Positions 50,540-64,000 are shown, counted from the stretch's first letter. The stretch: DNA of 64,000 bases from Chiloscyllium plagiosum (GCF_004010195.1 NC_057718.1:63657905-63721904); one strand, 5' to 3'. A program made the numbers and translations. Notes: generated by a model not told the origin, from the sequence alone.

Positions 50540-51036
50540 CAATTCTTACGGCCTGTTCTGGTACACAGCTCTTTCCATCAACCCTCCACGAGCAAGGACT
50601 TGGGTGCTCGGGAGGATGAACAGGTCAAAGAAAGCCTTGTGGACATCTGCCAGATGGAAATAGAGGAGGAGGGTGCATCATCAGGGGACAGTGGATAGGA
50701 GGACGATGCGTCTGCACCATCCTCACCCCCCACACCCAGTAACCAGCCATAACCTCTCCCAACAACACACAGCCCTAGTACACAGAACTTTTCACCTTTA
50801 TCAGTAAGGTACAATACACAATAGTTTATTCCATTAAATATTATTTTTTATTTATAGATGTTTTAGTCTTTATTATTAAAAGCCAAAAAAACCCAAAAAT
50901 AATATGCAAAGTCATAATCTTGGGGTCTGGAACCCTATTATTTTTAAAAAAACATAAGTTAAGCTCCACACTCACAAATTAATCATTCGCAGGGGTTTTC
51001 AGGAACAGAACCATCACGGATATGGAGGAATGACTG
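50540..51036 (+). mobile_element. Tigger 3' end with TIR
   Basis: Acidic-coding tail, AT-rich 3' region and the terminus ggatatggaggaatgactg. Confidence 0.7.
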
Positions 51037-52764
51037 CAGTTATTTTACTGCCAAAATAAAGTACTCAAGACAAATCTATTTCTAAATGTTAGGCAATAAA
51101 TCCTTACCATGTGATCTCAAACATCACCACAGAGGGTGATGACCCTCACATGTTAACCCTTTTAAATCTTCTTCTGATACAGCTCTCCCACATTCACCCT
51201 CTGTTCCCCCTCCAAACTGGTTGCTGGTTATTTTACATACATTCATTTTTGTATTTACACTTAAATGCAGTTCCAGCATCATCCAGGTCTCTTGACTTCA
51301 GAGATTTAATCTGTCAGGAGGTTTCATGACTCTTCTCGATCACATTCTCATCTGACTCAGAAGATCAATGGTAGTTCTTCTAATTCTACTTTTGTGACTT
51401 TGATGGTTTTCATAAAGGCCAATGGAATATGATTCTTCCTACTTTTTAAAGTTTCATTCAGATACATGATTATTTGCTGTCATTGATATAATTGGGATAA
51501 GATTTCTCTTATTTATTCTTATAGTACCTTCTGATGCATGTGCCAGATTTCTGTTGATTTACATCTGGACAATTATCCCTTCTCTTTTGACATCTGATCC
51601 AAACCTTTTGAGATTCATATACTTTTGATAGAGAACGCTACCTCCTTTTTTTTATGTTCTTGTGTTATGCAAGGTTTCTTTGCCTTACAATCTTTCATAA
51701 CCCTGGACATTTTGTTCTGGGAGTATTTTCTTCAATGGGATAAGAAGCTGTGTTTTGAATCTCCTTCCCAAGAATAACTGAGGTGCTAATCCCTGTAGTA
51801 ATGGAGTCAACTTGCAGTAGAAGACTGTTACTTATAAATCGGTTTTCTTCCTTAAAAAGAATGATTTTATCATTGACCCCTTTTAGTTCACCATCAGATT
51901 GCTGACATATGCGAGAACATGCAAGTGAGGTGGATGGACAAATTTTATGCCCTAAACACTTTCATGTCAATAGACATGACATGTCATGAATTTCAGCTCC
52001 CATACCCATGAATTCTTCTCCTTTCAGTTTGTCAATTTTGCCACCAAAAGAATGAATGGGAAGGTAAAATAATCACAGAAACTGTCCAGTATGTACTGAT
52101 ATTAATAGTGCAAACATGTGCTGAAAATTGAATTTCTCAATGTGTATTAAAAAATGTAACTAGCGTAAATTTCATGCTCACTTTGAATTATCAAAATTTT
52201 TAATAAGCTGCTTAAAACTAAACAGAGAACAGTATTCCTAGAAATGCCAAGCAGATAGCTGCTGCTTATTGCACAGTGATTAACAACTTTTCAATAGAGT
52301 TGATGTTTTACTGGCCATTCTACAATGCAGAAAAACTAAATGAAATTGAGCACACAGGTTTGTAACAGCACAACCCAAACATAATGGAAAACTCATCATT
52401 CACCTCATTTTAAAACTCAAGGAATAGGTTTAAATGACTTATTTGTTGTAAAAAAAATTGGTTCATCTGATCTTGGAGTTTAATATCAATGCTGAAAGAA
52501 CTAGCATGGCAGCTTTGCTTTAACACTTTTGGCACATTTCCTGGTCTTCAAGGATAGACGACAAACACTCATAGCAAACATGTTATTATGTGTATGGCAT
52601 GTACTTTCCCTAACAGTTATTTTCCCTACCATTTCCCTGTCTTGCAACAATGACATACAAATAAATATTAGCTTTCCAAAGTACAAATATCCTTCCTAAA
52701 GCATGGCACCCAAACTGTACACCATATTCCAGGTGAAATCTAAACAGTGTCTTCTACAAGTTGG

Positions 52765-54005
52765 ACTATCTCAGGTACCTCCCTTCCTGGACCTCTCCGT
52801 CTCCCATCTCTGGCAACCAACTCAACATGGACATCTACTGCAAATCCACAGACACCCACAGCTACCTGGACTACACCTCTTCCCACCACACCTCCTGTAA
52901 AAACACTATCCTTTACTACCAATTCCTCCACCTCTGCCTGATCTGCTCCCAGGAAGAGCAATTCCTCTCCAGAACATTCCAGATGGCCTCTTATTTCAAG
53001 GACCACAATTTCCCCTCCTACATGGCCAACAATACCCTCCAGTGCATCTCCTCCACTTCTCACACCTTTGCCCTTGAACCCCACCTCTCCAACTGCAACA
53101 AGGATAGAACCCCCATGACCCTCACCTTCCACCCCACCAACCTCCGGATACCGCACATTATCCTCCAACGTTTCGGGCACCTACAATCCGACCCCACCAC
53201 AAGAGATATATTTCTCTCCCATCCCATATAGACCATTCTCTCTGAGACTCCCTCGTTAGGTCCACACCCCCCACCAACCCACCCTCCACTCCCGGCTCCT
53301 TCCCTTGCCGTCACAAGAGATGCAAAATCTGCGCCCATACCTCCCGCCTCACCTTTGTCCAAAGTCCCAAAGAATCCTTCCACATCCACCAGAGATTTTC
53401 TTCCACATCCAAACACCTCATCTACTGTGTCTGTTGCTCTTGATGTGGTCTCTTCTACATTGGGGAGACAGGACACTAACTCACGGAACATTTCAGGGAA
53501 CATCTGTGGGACACATGCACCAAACTCCACCGTCCTGTGGCTGACCACTTCAATCCTCCCTCTCACTCCATCAAGGACATGGAAGTCCTGGGCCTTCTCC
53601 ACCACCAAATCCGAGCCACTCGATGCCTGGAGTAAGAAGGCCTCATTTACTGCCTTGGGACCCTCCAACCACAAGGCTTCAACGTCAAATTCACCAGTTT
53701 CTTCCTTTACCAGCACTGCCCTCTTGAACTGTCCTACCTGCCCAGCTTCCTTCCCACCTATCCACTCAAACCAATCACTATCACCCTCCACTGCCATCTA
53801 CCTATCATGTTCTCAGCAACCTTCCCCCACCCCCACTCTCCTATTTACCTTTCAGCTTCCTTCCCCCACCATACATTCCTGATGAAGGGCTTATGCCTGA
53901 AATGTCGATTCTCCTGCTCCTCAGATGTTGCCTGACCTGCTGTGCTTTTCCAGCACCTCACTTTTTGACTCTGATCTCCACCATCTGCAGTCCTCACTCT
54001 CTCCT
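52765..54005 (+). mobile_element. Neptune-like Penelope 3' half: RT thumb, Cys linker, GIY-YIG and terminal repeat with a hammerhead core near 53875-53910
   Basis: STDTHSYLDYTSSH, YYQFLHLCLICSQ, PCRHKRCKIC, HLIYCVCCS.CGLFYIGETG and cctgatgaagggcttatgcctgaaatgtcg. Confidence 0.9.
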
Positions 54006-54861
54006 TAAACAAATTCAGCATAATGTCCCTGCCTTAGTACTCCATGCTCCTACTCTCTAACAATTCTGTTGTGTGGCACTGTATCCAAAGTCTTTTGGAA
54101 GTCCATGTACACCACATCAACAGTTTTTCCGTCAATTTTCCTGCTACCTCTTCCAAAAAGGAAAACTCCAAGTTAATGTTGACTCTTCTGAAGTATTCCA
54201 CATTTTTCCATGTGATTATTAATTTTATCCTGAATAATTGTTTCGAGAAGATTGCTCACCATTGAAGTGAAACTGACTGGTCTATAGTTGCTGGGAGTAT
54301 CTTTATTAGCTTTTTAGAACAAGAACACAAAACTTTCGATTCTCCAGTCTTCTCACACCACCGTTGAATTGTCCTGGGCAGTATCTGCCTAGTAAAGAAA
54401 GAAAGATGCAAAGTATCTATTTAACACCTTACCCAAGCATCTTTGCTTCCTCTTTGCCTCCCTAATCACCGCTATTCATCTTTTCACCACCATTTATTAT
54501 TGATGTTGGTATAGAATACTTAAGGATTTCGCTTCATATCAGCTGCTGGTCTTTTTCATAGTCTCTTTGTGGCTCATTTTTGGTATTTCACCTCTATTCT
54601 GAATCGTTTACATGCAGCTTGGTTCTCAACTGTACTTGTCATAAGTCCAGCACTTCTTTTTAAACTTGCATCCTATCTCCTTTTTCATCCAGGAAGCTCT
54701 CAATTCAATTTTGAGGAAAGGTACCTTGACTGTGCCCTAACCACCTCCTCTTTAAAAGGTGGACCGTTGTTCAGCTACTGTTTACCTTGCCAACCTTTGG
54801 TCCAGCTCCACTCTCTTTATCAAGTTCATTTAAACATGTAAGAGATTAGCAAACATCTTTG

Positions 54862-54955
54862 AAGTCGAGAGTGCGATGCTGGAAAAGCACAGCAGGTCAG
54901 GTAGTATCTGAGGAGCAGGAGAATCGGTGTTTTGGGCAAAAGCCCTTCATCAGGA
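54862..54955 (-). mobile_element. Penelope terminal fragment with a degenerate hammerhead core
   Basis: Minus strand reads cctgatgaagggcttttgcccaaaacaccg. Confidence 0.78.
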
Positions 54956-54959
54956 CTTC

Positions 54960-55525
54960 GTCAGAGTCAGAGATGTACAGCACTGAAACAGATCCTTTGG
55001 TCCTACTCATCCATGCCAACCAGATATCCCAACCCAATCTAGTCCCACTTGCCAGCACCCGGTCCATTTCCCTCCAAACCCTTCCTATTCATATACCCAT
55101 CCAGATGCCTTTTAAAATGTTGCAATTGTACCAGCCTCCACCACTTCCTCTGGCAGCTCATTCTAAACATGCACCACTCTCTGCATGAAAAAGTTGCCCC
55201 TTAGGTCTCTTTTATATCTTTCCCCTCTCACTTTAGACCTATGCCCTCTAGTTTTGGACTTCCCCACCCCAAGGAAAAGACTTTGCCAATTTATCCGATC
55301 TATACCCCTTATGATTTTATACACCTCTATAAGATCACCCTTTAGCCTCCAACATTCCAGGGAAAACAGCCCCAGCCTATTCAGCCTCTCTCCATAGCTC
55401 AAATCCTCTAACCCTGGTAACATCCTTGTACATCTTTTCCAAACCCTTTCAAGCTTCACAACATCTTTCCAATAGGAAGGAAACCAGAATTGCACGCAAT
55501 ATTCCAAAAGTGGCCTTACCAATCT
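54960..55525 (-). mobile_element. CR1 3' end
   Basis: RPLLEYCVQFW...LKGDLIEVYKI...TRGH. Confidence 0.92.
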
Positions 55526-55809
55526 TTAAGGATTGCTTTAAAGTGCAATTTTGAAGGAACACCCACTTTATACACCAAACAGATTCCTTCAAGCAAGTCA
55601 AAGTAGGACACTGTGGAGAGATGTGGGTGTCAGAGTGCAAAAGGATTAACTGCAGCTGCAGCAAGTGAAAAGGAAAGTGAAATAAATTATAACATTATTT
55701 TAAATGAGAATTAAATACAAAAGTAGGGCCACTACTCTTCAGTTATACATGGTGTTGATGAGACTACATCTGGGAGTACTGTCCACAGTGTTAGTCACCT
55801 CCCTTTTTA

Positions 55810-58800
55810 TACCCTTTCTAGTTTAACAACATCCTTCCTATAGCAGGGCGACCAGAATTGTATGCAATATTCTAAAAATGTTTTGTACAGCTGCAACATG
55901 ATGTTCCAACTCTATATTCAGTCCTGACCAATGAAGGCAAGTGTGTCAAACACTTTCTTCACCACCCTGTCCACCTGTGACCTACTTTCAAGGAACTGTG
56001 AACCTGCACCCCTATGTGCCTCTGTTCAACAACACTCTGCATGGCCTTACCATTAACTCTGCAAGTCCTGCCCTGATTTGCCTGACCAAAATACAACATT
56101 TCACATTTATCTAAATTAAACTCCACTTCTTGGTCCATTAGCCCATCTAATCAAGATCTTGTTGTACTCTTAGTCGATCTTCTTCACTGTCCACTACACC
56201 ACCAATTTTGGAGCCATTTGCAAACCTACAACCTGTACCACCTATATCCTCATTCAAATCGTTCATACAACAGTGTACAAAACTGATCTTTGCAGCAGCT
56301 GAAATTGTGTTGCTGGAACAGCGCAGCAGGTCAAGCAGCATCCAGGGAACAGGAGAATCGATGTTTCGGGCATAAGCCCTTCTTCAGGATCCTTGCAGCA
56401 CACCGCTGGTCACAGGCCTCCTGTCCAAATAACAACCCTCGACATGCCACTGACTTTGCAGGAAATAGATAGATTTGAAATGTTTTTATTAGAAAAGCCG
56501 ATTATAGTATTTTAGGAATATTATAAATTATAATGTTTGATACATTAAATAGAAGCTAGTTAAAATTCATGACAATTTACCTGCACCAAGGCAGCAGTTA
56601 GGTTGCCAGTTTGTAAATCTTTTCTGAACCCTTTCAAGTTTCACAATCCTTCCTCTAGGAGGGAGACCAGAACTGCACGTAATATTCCAAAAGTGGCGTA
56701 ACCAATGTCTTGTACAGCCGCAACATGACCTCCCAATTTCTATACTCAATTCTCTGAACAATAAAGGAAAGTATACCAAACGTCTTTTTCACTATCCTAT
56801 CTACCTGCGATTCTACTTTCAGGAAACTACGTACCTGCACTTCAAGGTCTCTCTGTTCAGCAACACTCCCTAGGACCTTACCGTTAAAGGTGCATAAGAC
56901 CTGCTAAGATTTGCTTTTCCAAAATGCAGCACCTCGCATTTGTCTAAATTAAACTCCAGCTGCCACTCCTCAGCCCAATGGCCCATCTGATCAAGATCCC
57001 GTTCTCCTCAGGGGTAACCTTCTTTGCTGTCCACTGCCATCTGCAAACTTACTAATTATATCTCCTATGTTCACATCCAAATCATTCTATATAAATGACA
57101 AAAAGCAGTGAACCCAGCACTGATCTTGTGATACTCTACTGGTCACAGGCCTCCAGTCTGAAAAACAACCCTCCACCACCACGCGCTGTCTTCTACCTTT
57201 GAGCCAGTTCTGTATCCAAATGGCTAGTTCTCCCTGTATGCCACTAGATCTAACCTTGCTAACCATTCTACCACGAGGAACCTTGTTGAACACTACTGAG
57301 GTCCATATAGACCACGTCCACTGCTCCACCCTCACAATCCTGTTCCTTACTTCTTCAAAACACTCAATCAAGTTAGTAAGATATGATTTCCCATGCACAA
57401 AGCCATGCTGACTATCGCGAATCAGTCCATGCCTTTCCAAATACATGTGAATCCTGTCTGTCAGGATTCCCTCCAACAACTTGCCCACCACTGATGGCTG
57501 GTGCACCAAACTAATGTTCCCTGCCTTTTCCTTACCACTGTTCTTAAATAGTGGCACCACATTAGCCAACCACCAGTATTCCAGCACCTCACCTGTGACT
57601 ATTGATGATACAAATATCTCAGCATGGGGTCCAGCAATCACTTCCCTAGCTTCCCAGAGTGTTACGGGGGACACCTAATCAGGTCTTGGGGATCTATCCA
57701 CTTTTACGCAGATTATAGCACCTCTTCCTCCTCTGTAATATGGACATTTTTCAAGAGGTCACAATCTATTTCCCCACATTTTATATTTTCTATGTCCTTC
57801 TCCACAGTAAACACTGACAGAAAATACTCGTTTAGTATTTCCTCCATCTCCTGCGGTTCCACACATGGGCTTCCTTGCTAACCTTTGATGGGCCCTATTC
57901 TCTCCCCAGTTACTCTTCTGTCTTTAATGTAGTTATAGAGTCCCTTTGGATTCTCCTTAACCCTATTTGCCAAAACTCTCGTGTCCCCTTTTTGCCCTCC
58001 TGATTTCCCTCTCAAGTATACTCCTCTTGCCTTTATATTCTAAGGATTCACTCAATCTCTGCTGTCTGTACCTGACAATATGCTTCCTTCTTTTTCTTGA
58101 CCAAACCCTCAATTTCTCTAATCATCCAGTTTCCCCTACACCTACAAGCCTTTCCTTTCACTATAACTGGAATGTACTACTTTTGGACTGTCATCTCATT
58201 TTTGAAGGCTTCCCACTTTCCAGCTGTCTCTGTACCTGCAAACATCTGCCCCCAATTCGCTTTTGAAAGTTCTTGCCTCATATCATCAAACTTATCCTTG
58301 CTCCAATTTAGATCTTCAACTTTTAGGTCTGGTAAATCCTTTTCCATCACTATTTTAAAACTAATGGAACTATGGTCGCTGGTCCCAAAGTGCTCCCCCA
58401 CTGACACCTCACTCACCTGTCCTGCCTTATTTCCCAAGAGTAGGTCAAGTTTTGCACCTTCTCTGGTAGGTACATCCACATACTGAACCAGAAAATGTTC
58501 TTGTACACACTTAAACTCCTCTCCATCTAAACCCTTAACACAATGGCAGTCCCTGTCTATGTTTGGAAAGTTAAAATCTCCTACCATAACCACACTATTC
58601 TGATAGATACCACATCTCCTTACAAATGTATTTCTTAATTTCCTGTTGACTACGGGGGGGGGGGGGGGTCAACAATACAATACAAATAAAGGTGATCATC
58701 CCTTTCTTATTTCTCAGTTCTACCCAAATACCTTCCCTGGATGTATTCCCAGAATATCCTCCATAAGAACAGACATAATACTATTCCTTATCAAAAATGC

Positions 58801-59090
58801 CACTCCCCCATCTTTCTTGCCCTCCTTTCTATAGCATTTGTATCCTGGAACATTAAGTTGTCAGTCCTGTCCATCCTTGAGCCATGTTTCTGTAATTGCA
58901 ATGATATCCCAGTCCCATGTTCCTAACCATATCCTGAGTTCATCTGCCTTCCCTGTTAAGCCTCCTGCATTGAAGTAAATGCAGTTTAATTTATCAGTCC
59001 TACCTTGTTCTCTTCTGTGTTCCTGCCTGCCTTGACTGTTTGACTAGCTCATTTTCCCAACTGTACCAGTCTCAAATTTTTCTCTTTTCA
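55810..59090 (-). mobile_element. CR1 ORF2 copies (endonuclease and RT)
   Basis: VGDFNFPNID, SDHSSISFKI, SQHGFVHGKSYLTNL and RRQRVVVEG. Confidence 0.9.
56297..56388 (-). mobile_element. Penelope terminal fragment with a hammerhead core, inserted in CR1
   Basis: Minus strand reads cctgaagaagggcttatgcccgaaacatcg; flanked by gatc(t/c)ttgcagca. Confidence 0.8.
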
Positions 59091-60639
59091 TACATTGTCG
59101 GAAACATGTTTGCAGTAACAGCACTTTTGTAAGTGATTAACCTGTCATGGCATGATTATATTCTTCCACTTTCCATTACACCAAAACTAATGTTGAATCT
59201 TTTACAAATTGGCAGGGTACTCTTAACGCCACCATTGCCTAATCTATTCAGGGGTATATCAGGCAAGCAAACTAGCATGACCTGTCTCCAACCTTAAATT
59301 TATCAAAATCCATAAAATCAGAGAAGAGTACAGGTGCAATTCAGCCCGGAGTCTGTAACTTCTCTTTTGAAGAGCAATCCTGTTTGTTTCATTAAATAAA
59401 ACATTACTTTGCCCAAGTGATAAAAATAAACTACTAGTACAAAAAAGCATGATACTGAAGTCAGAAGATGGGATTTACCATTGTCAAAACATAGCAACAC
59501 AATTTTTAATCAGTAGCCATTATAAACAACATGTTTGTCAAATATATTTTACTTTTTCAAAAATTAGCAGATAGGTAAAGGTGTCATCAGATTGCTAACT
59601 GTAGGACCTTTCTATGCACAATTGACTATCACGTGTCCTATATTATATAGAACAAAAGACATTTCAAAAGTACTACATCAGCTATAAATTGGTTTAGAAC
59701 TCCAAGTTCATGAAAGGCTCTATACAAATTCCAGTTCTCCTTGCAGAAAATGTGGATTAGGGACCATGGTGAAGAATCTAATTTGCCAATGGCAAAGAAT
59801 AAACAACTTGCAAACATCTTGTATTTATTAAGTTATGATTCATTCAAGCTTTCGGTGTGATTTGGTTGGAATTTAAGCCAGGTATTTATGAAGGGGTGGA
59901 CTAGACGCCAATTAAAAATGTAACCTTTTTCATTAATTAATTTCAACCATATAGTCATCCAGAATTTCAATATCTTTTAAATCTGGCCAAAACATATTGA
60001 AATCTTTCCTGAAATCTTTTTATTAGGCTGATTTGTGGAAGATTCCTTTTGGTAACTGGCAAGTGATTTGTCACGCATCTTTGAACACCCAGATTGCCAA
60101 CTGCGTCAAAAACTGAAACCACTGATTCAGTAAAACTACAAACTGGTTAATGCAGCAGGAAACTGAGCCAGTTAGGTTACAAATGGCCCCGGCATTTGAT
60201 CGCAACCTGGGTAGCATAAAATTTGCTGTAATCGACCTCAGCTCATCCAGGCTAAAGAGGAAAAAAAAATCAGGATCCCTTGAACTCTTTGTGAATGGTG
60301 CATATAATTATTAATGTGCAAATCAGCCAGACAGTTCAGGGATTAAATGATACACTTGAGGTGCAAATTTCTAAGACTTGCCTGTCGTTTTGCACTATGA
60401 CCTGATTTACTTGACACAAATGACAAGCCTTCTTTTAATATTTGAGGAATGGCTGGATTTACAATCTAATTGCTCATGTTACGATCCTAAAACAAACTGC
60501 TAAATTTAAGTTACATCCTGGCTTGGACCCAGCAACTTTAAAGTGGACAAAAGGTAATGTTGCAGGGGACTAAAAGCATAATGCCACATGATTTCCCCAG
60601 CTGTGAACAAACAATAAAAGCTTAGAACAGTAATATATA

Positions 60640-61000
60640 GTCACAGAGTCATAGAGATGTACAGCACGGAAACAGACCCTTCGGTCCAACTCGTCCATGC
60701 CGACCCACCTGCCAGCACCTAGCCCATACACCTCCAAACCCTTGCTATCCATATTCTCATCCAGATGCCTTTTAAATGCTGTAATTGTACCAGCCTCCAC
60801 CACTTCCTCTGGCAGCTCATTCCATTCACATACCACCCTCAGTGAAAAAGTTGCCCCTTAGGTCTCTTTTGTATCTTTCCCCTCTCACCATAAACCTATG
60901 CCCTCTAGTTCTGGACTCCCCCACCCCAGGGAGAAGACTTCGTATATTTATCCTATCCTTGCCCCTCGTGAGTTTATAAGGTCATCCCTCAGCCTCAATA
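60640..61000 (-). mobile_element. CR1 3' end
   Basis: WNELPEEVVEAGTITAFKRHLD. Confidence 0.88.
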
Positions 61001-61503
61001 ATATCCTAACACTCAGAATTAGCATATCTTAAACACTAATTGAACACCTAAAATATGGCACATCAAACAACAATTGCAACCAATATAAGATAAGATTTAG
61101 GGGGCTTGTCAGGATAGATGGGGAGAGAATATTTTCTGTTGTGAGAATCTAGAACTAAGGGTAACGGTTCCAAAATCAGGAGCCACCCATTTAAAACAGA
61201 GATTATATGAAATCTCCTCTCAGACGATCGGAGTCTTTGCAACATTCTTCCTAAAAATGTGATAGAAGCAAAGTCCTTGAATATTTTTTAGGCAGAGGCT
61301 AATAAACTCCTGTTAAGGGGACAGAGGAAGATTATCAGATGTAAGCAGGAATATGGATTTTAAATTACAATCAAATTAACCATGATTTTACAGAATAGCA
61401 GAGCAAGCTCAGAGTGCTGAATCACCTACTCCTGCTGCTAATGGCATGTTTGTATATATTGAGACAAATCTCAGACTTGTCAGCAATCCTCCCCCTAGTT
61501 TGT

Positions 61504-61825
61504 GGGCGGCACGGTGGCACAGTGGTTAGCACTGCTGCCTCACAGCACCTGAGACCCGGGTTCAATTCCCGCCTCAGGCGACTGACTGTGTGGAGTTTGT
61601 ACATTCTCCCCGTGTCTGCGTGGGTTTGCTCCGGTTTCCTCCCACAATCCAAAGATGTGCAGGTCAGGTGAATTGGCCGTGCTAAATTGCCCGTAGTGTT
61701 AGGTAATGGGTAAATGTAGGGGTAGGGGTATGGGTGGGTTGCGCTTCGGCGGGTCGGTGTGGACTTGTTGGGCCGAAGGGCCTGTTTCCACACTGTAATG
61801 TAATCTAATATTAATCTAATCTAAT
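61504..61825 (+). mobile_element. HE1 SINE, full length
   Basis: Consensus-like head, V-domain and taatc tail. Confidence 0.93.
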
Positions 61826-62432
61826 ATAGTCAACCCTAGACACTAATGACATGTTGGGTCATCCAATTTTATTAAAATGCATCAGGAATTACAATTCTTC
61901 AGTTTTTGCTGATCTAGCCTTGAAACATCCTCTCAAGAGCCAGTCATGGACTACCTCAAAATGTTTTCTCTTTTGACCCAACCTCCTTTACTGATGTAAA
62001 GTTCACTTGGTCTCTTTCTTTATTCTTCAAAGCTGCACAATTGTGCATATTCTTTAAATCTGAATTCGACAGAGGTAGAATTTGAAAAGTTGGAGGCTTG
62101 ATTAAATTTTCATATTTGTGGTGACTGCAGGAATAATAGGCTTGATTTCCAGTGCACTTTCTCAATGAGTCATGACAAGTTGAATCACGAGATCAGAATT
62201 TTAGCTGTTTCTATTACTCCGCATTATTTGAAGTGTGCCTTAACTTCCTTGTATCTTAGCAACACAAAAGGAAGGATCAATCAAATCTCGAATGGCCTTT
62301 TTGCTCCGCAGATGAGCATTGACCTTTATTTTTGACTACATTGTGTTTGTTTTAAATAAAGTTTTGCTTATGGAAAGCAAAATCATATTTTGTGCATATT
62401 GGAAAATGGTCAAAATGTTCAAAAAAGTATAC

Positions 62433-62610
62433 AATCACACAACACCAGGTTATAGTCCAACAAGTTTATCTGGAAGCACTAGCTTTCGAAGCACTGCCAA
62501 TCCATGAAGAAGCAGCGCTTCGAAACTTAGTGCTTCCAAATAAACCTGTTGGACTCTAACCTGGTGTTGTAATTTTTAAACTTGGTCCACCCCAGTCCAA
62601 CACCAGCTCC
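62433..62610. mobile_element. Inverted pair of Penelope terminal repeats forming a hairpin with 59-bp arms
   Basis: Arms at 62439-62497 and 62512-62570 with 6 mismatches by eye; same family as 30183-30478. Confidence 0.85.
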
Positions 62611-64000
62611 TGCGAATTCAAAAAGTATGGTACTAACTGAATCCATGAAAATGCAATTTTTTTAGAAGACTTGTTCTTTAAACAATTGTTTTCCATCTTG
62701 TGGTGCAATGGTAGTATCCCTACCTCTGGTCCAGAAGGCCTGAGTTTAAGTCCCACCTCTTCGAGGAGGTGTGTAAAACATCTCTGCTCAAGTGGATTAG
62801 AAAAATATGGCTAACTTAGAAAATGTACTTGCAAACACATGACAAAATTCATCAGATCCACAAAAGGTAAATTTTGTTGAAAGAGCCTAAGGTAAATGCT
62901 CTCAAAAATCAGTAATCTAAAAACCTCATTGTCCAAAAGCTGGGCATCCTTTCAGAATGTGTCACGTTACTTAATGAAAATCAACATACCTGGATAATTT
63001 GGCTAAACATTGCAAGTAACCACAATTATCATTTTTACCATTTATCCACACAGTTTTACTCCAGCACCTGAGGGGCTCTTAACCCCATCTAACCCAAAAT
63101 GGCCTGAATTGTTCACAGCATCCAACTCAGTCCAATATCACTAGCTTTGAGACAGTACACCTGTATTACATTACTAATGCATGTAACCTGGAGCATTCTT
63201 GCATCCTGGAGAAATGGAAGCCAAAAAGTCATCAGTACAATAGTCTGTCTTTGTTGGTTTTAACATGCAAAGTTATTGAATACACAAAAGGAGGGCAAAC
63301 ATTGCATATATTTATACAGCCACAAAACCTCTGAACAGAATAGTCTCAAGTTATTTTTACAATATGCAGACAGACCAGAACATAAATAAGTGACACAATA
63401 TTGATTCAGACAAAAACAAAGTGGCTACTATGGTAGGGACGAAAGAAAGACAGCAAATCAAATAGCAAACTAAATCACCAGATTGTAAACCAGATTTCTC
63501 TGCTCCTACTGAATCTATGGTCAAACATTCAACCATGACCAATGAGATCTGGGAAACCAAACTAGCTCTCAATGTAATAATATCCTTAAGGTTCTTCTTC
63601 AAAGAATCGTACTAGAAAGGTTCAATTATTGTAGAAAAACTTAAACATCTGAATTGATCAACATTTGAAATGCTCCACACTGTAGACATTTGCTTGTAAT
63701 TTACAATAGAGGCCATCACCTTAACATCTAAACCCATCCTCAGTGTTAGTTGCTAATGCATATGAAGGGTTTTTCAAACCAATTTTCTTAAAGTTATTTT
63801 GAAGGCTAGTACAAGACGATAGCAAGAAACTAGATTTTTTCAGTATAAATTCAGCCATATAGTGTAAAGCAAAAAGCAGGTACACTCTTGTACTTTTGAA
63901 TCCAAGAAAGATTTGCTTAAAAGAAGTTCTCCCATATCAAATTCCAAAAGTCAGAATTGTGCTCAATCATACCATCAAGGGCCTCAAGCAGTCCATTTGG

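Noticed and set aside
51100..51170. Minus-strand donor gtaagg with an upstream ATG as a possible PDE10A first exon
   Set aside because: The nearest ATG gives phase 2, incompatible with the phase-1 acceptor, and there is no similarity to known PDE10A N-termini.
53060..53797. Longest ORF in the track (245 aa)
   Set aside because: It is antisense to a C-rich Penelope element.
1..64000. CRISPR arrays or prokaryotic defence systems
   Set aside because: The DNA is eukaryotic, with no regularly spaced repeat-spacer array or operon structure.

Overview
This is repeat-dense vertebrate DNA, almost certainly from a cartilaginous fish. The HE1-type V-SINEs and the shark-type CR1 and Penelope families point to a carpet or bamboo shark, though the species is my inference. 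Most of the window appears to be intronic sequence of a minus-strand PDE10A gene: one clear 129-bp coding exon lies at 42505-42633, and there are candidate extra in-frame exons at 1431-1493 and 1303-1347. The rest is nested CR1 LINEs, Penelope-like elements of Poseidon and Neptune types, HE1 SINEs, an RTE fragment, two solo LTRs and a rearranged Tigger/pogo transposon. Points of interest: (1) about a dozen Penelope terminal fragments carry minimal hammerhead-ribozyme cores of two families, several sense to the PDE10A pre-mRNA; (2) a gap-bounded block of about 16 kb (16.5-32.8 kb) is flanked by a near-identical 680-bp duplication, contains tRNA-Asn and tRNA-His pseudogenes, a CpG promoter-like patch and orphan exon-like segments, and probably does not belong at this locus; (3) the Tigger element looks split by an inversion. 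I found no clearly novel protein-coding system. Repeat boundaries are approximate.
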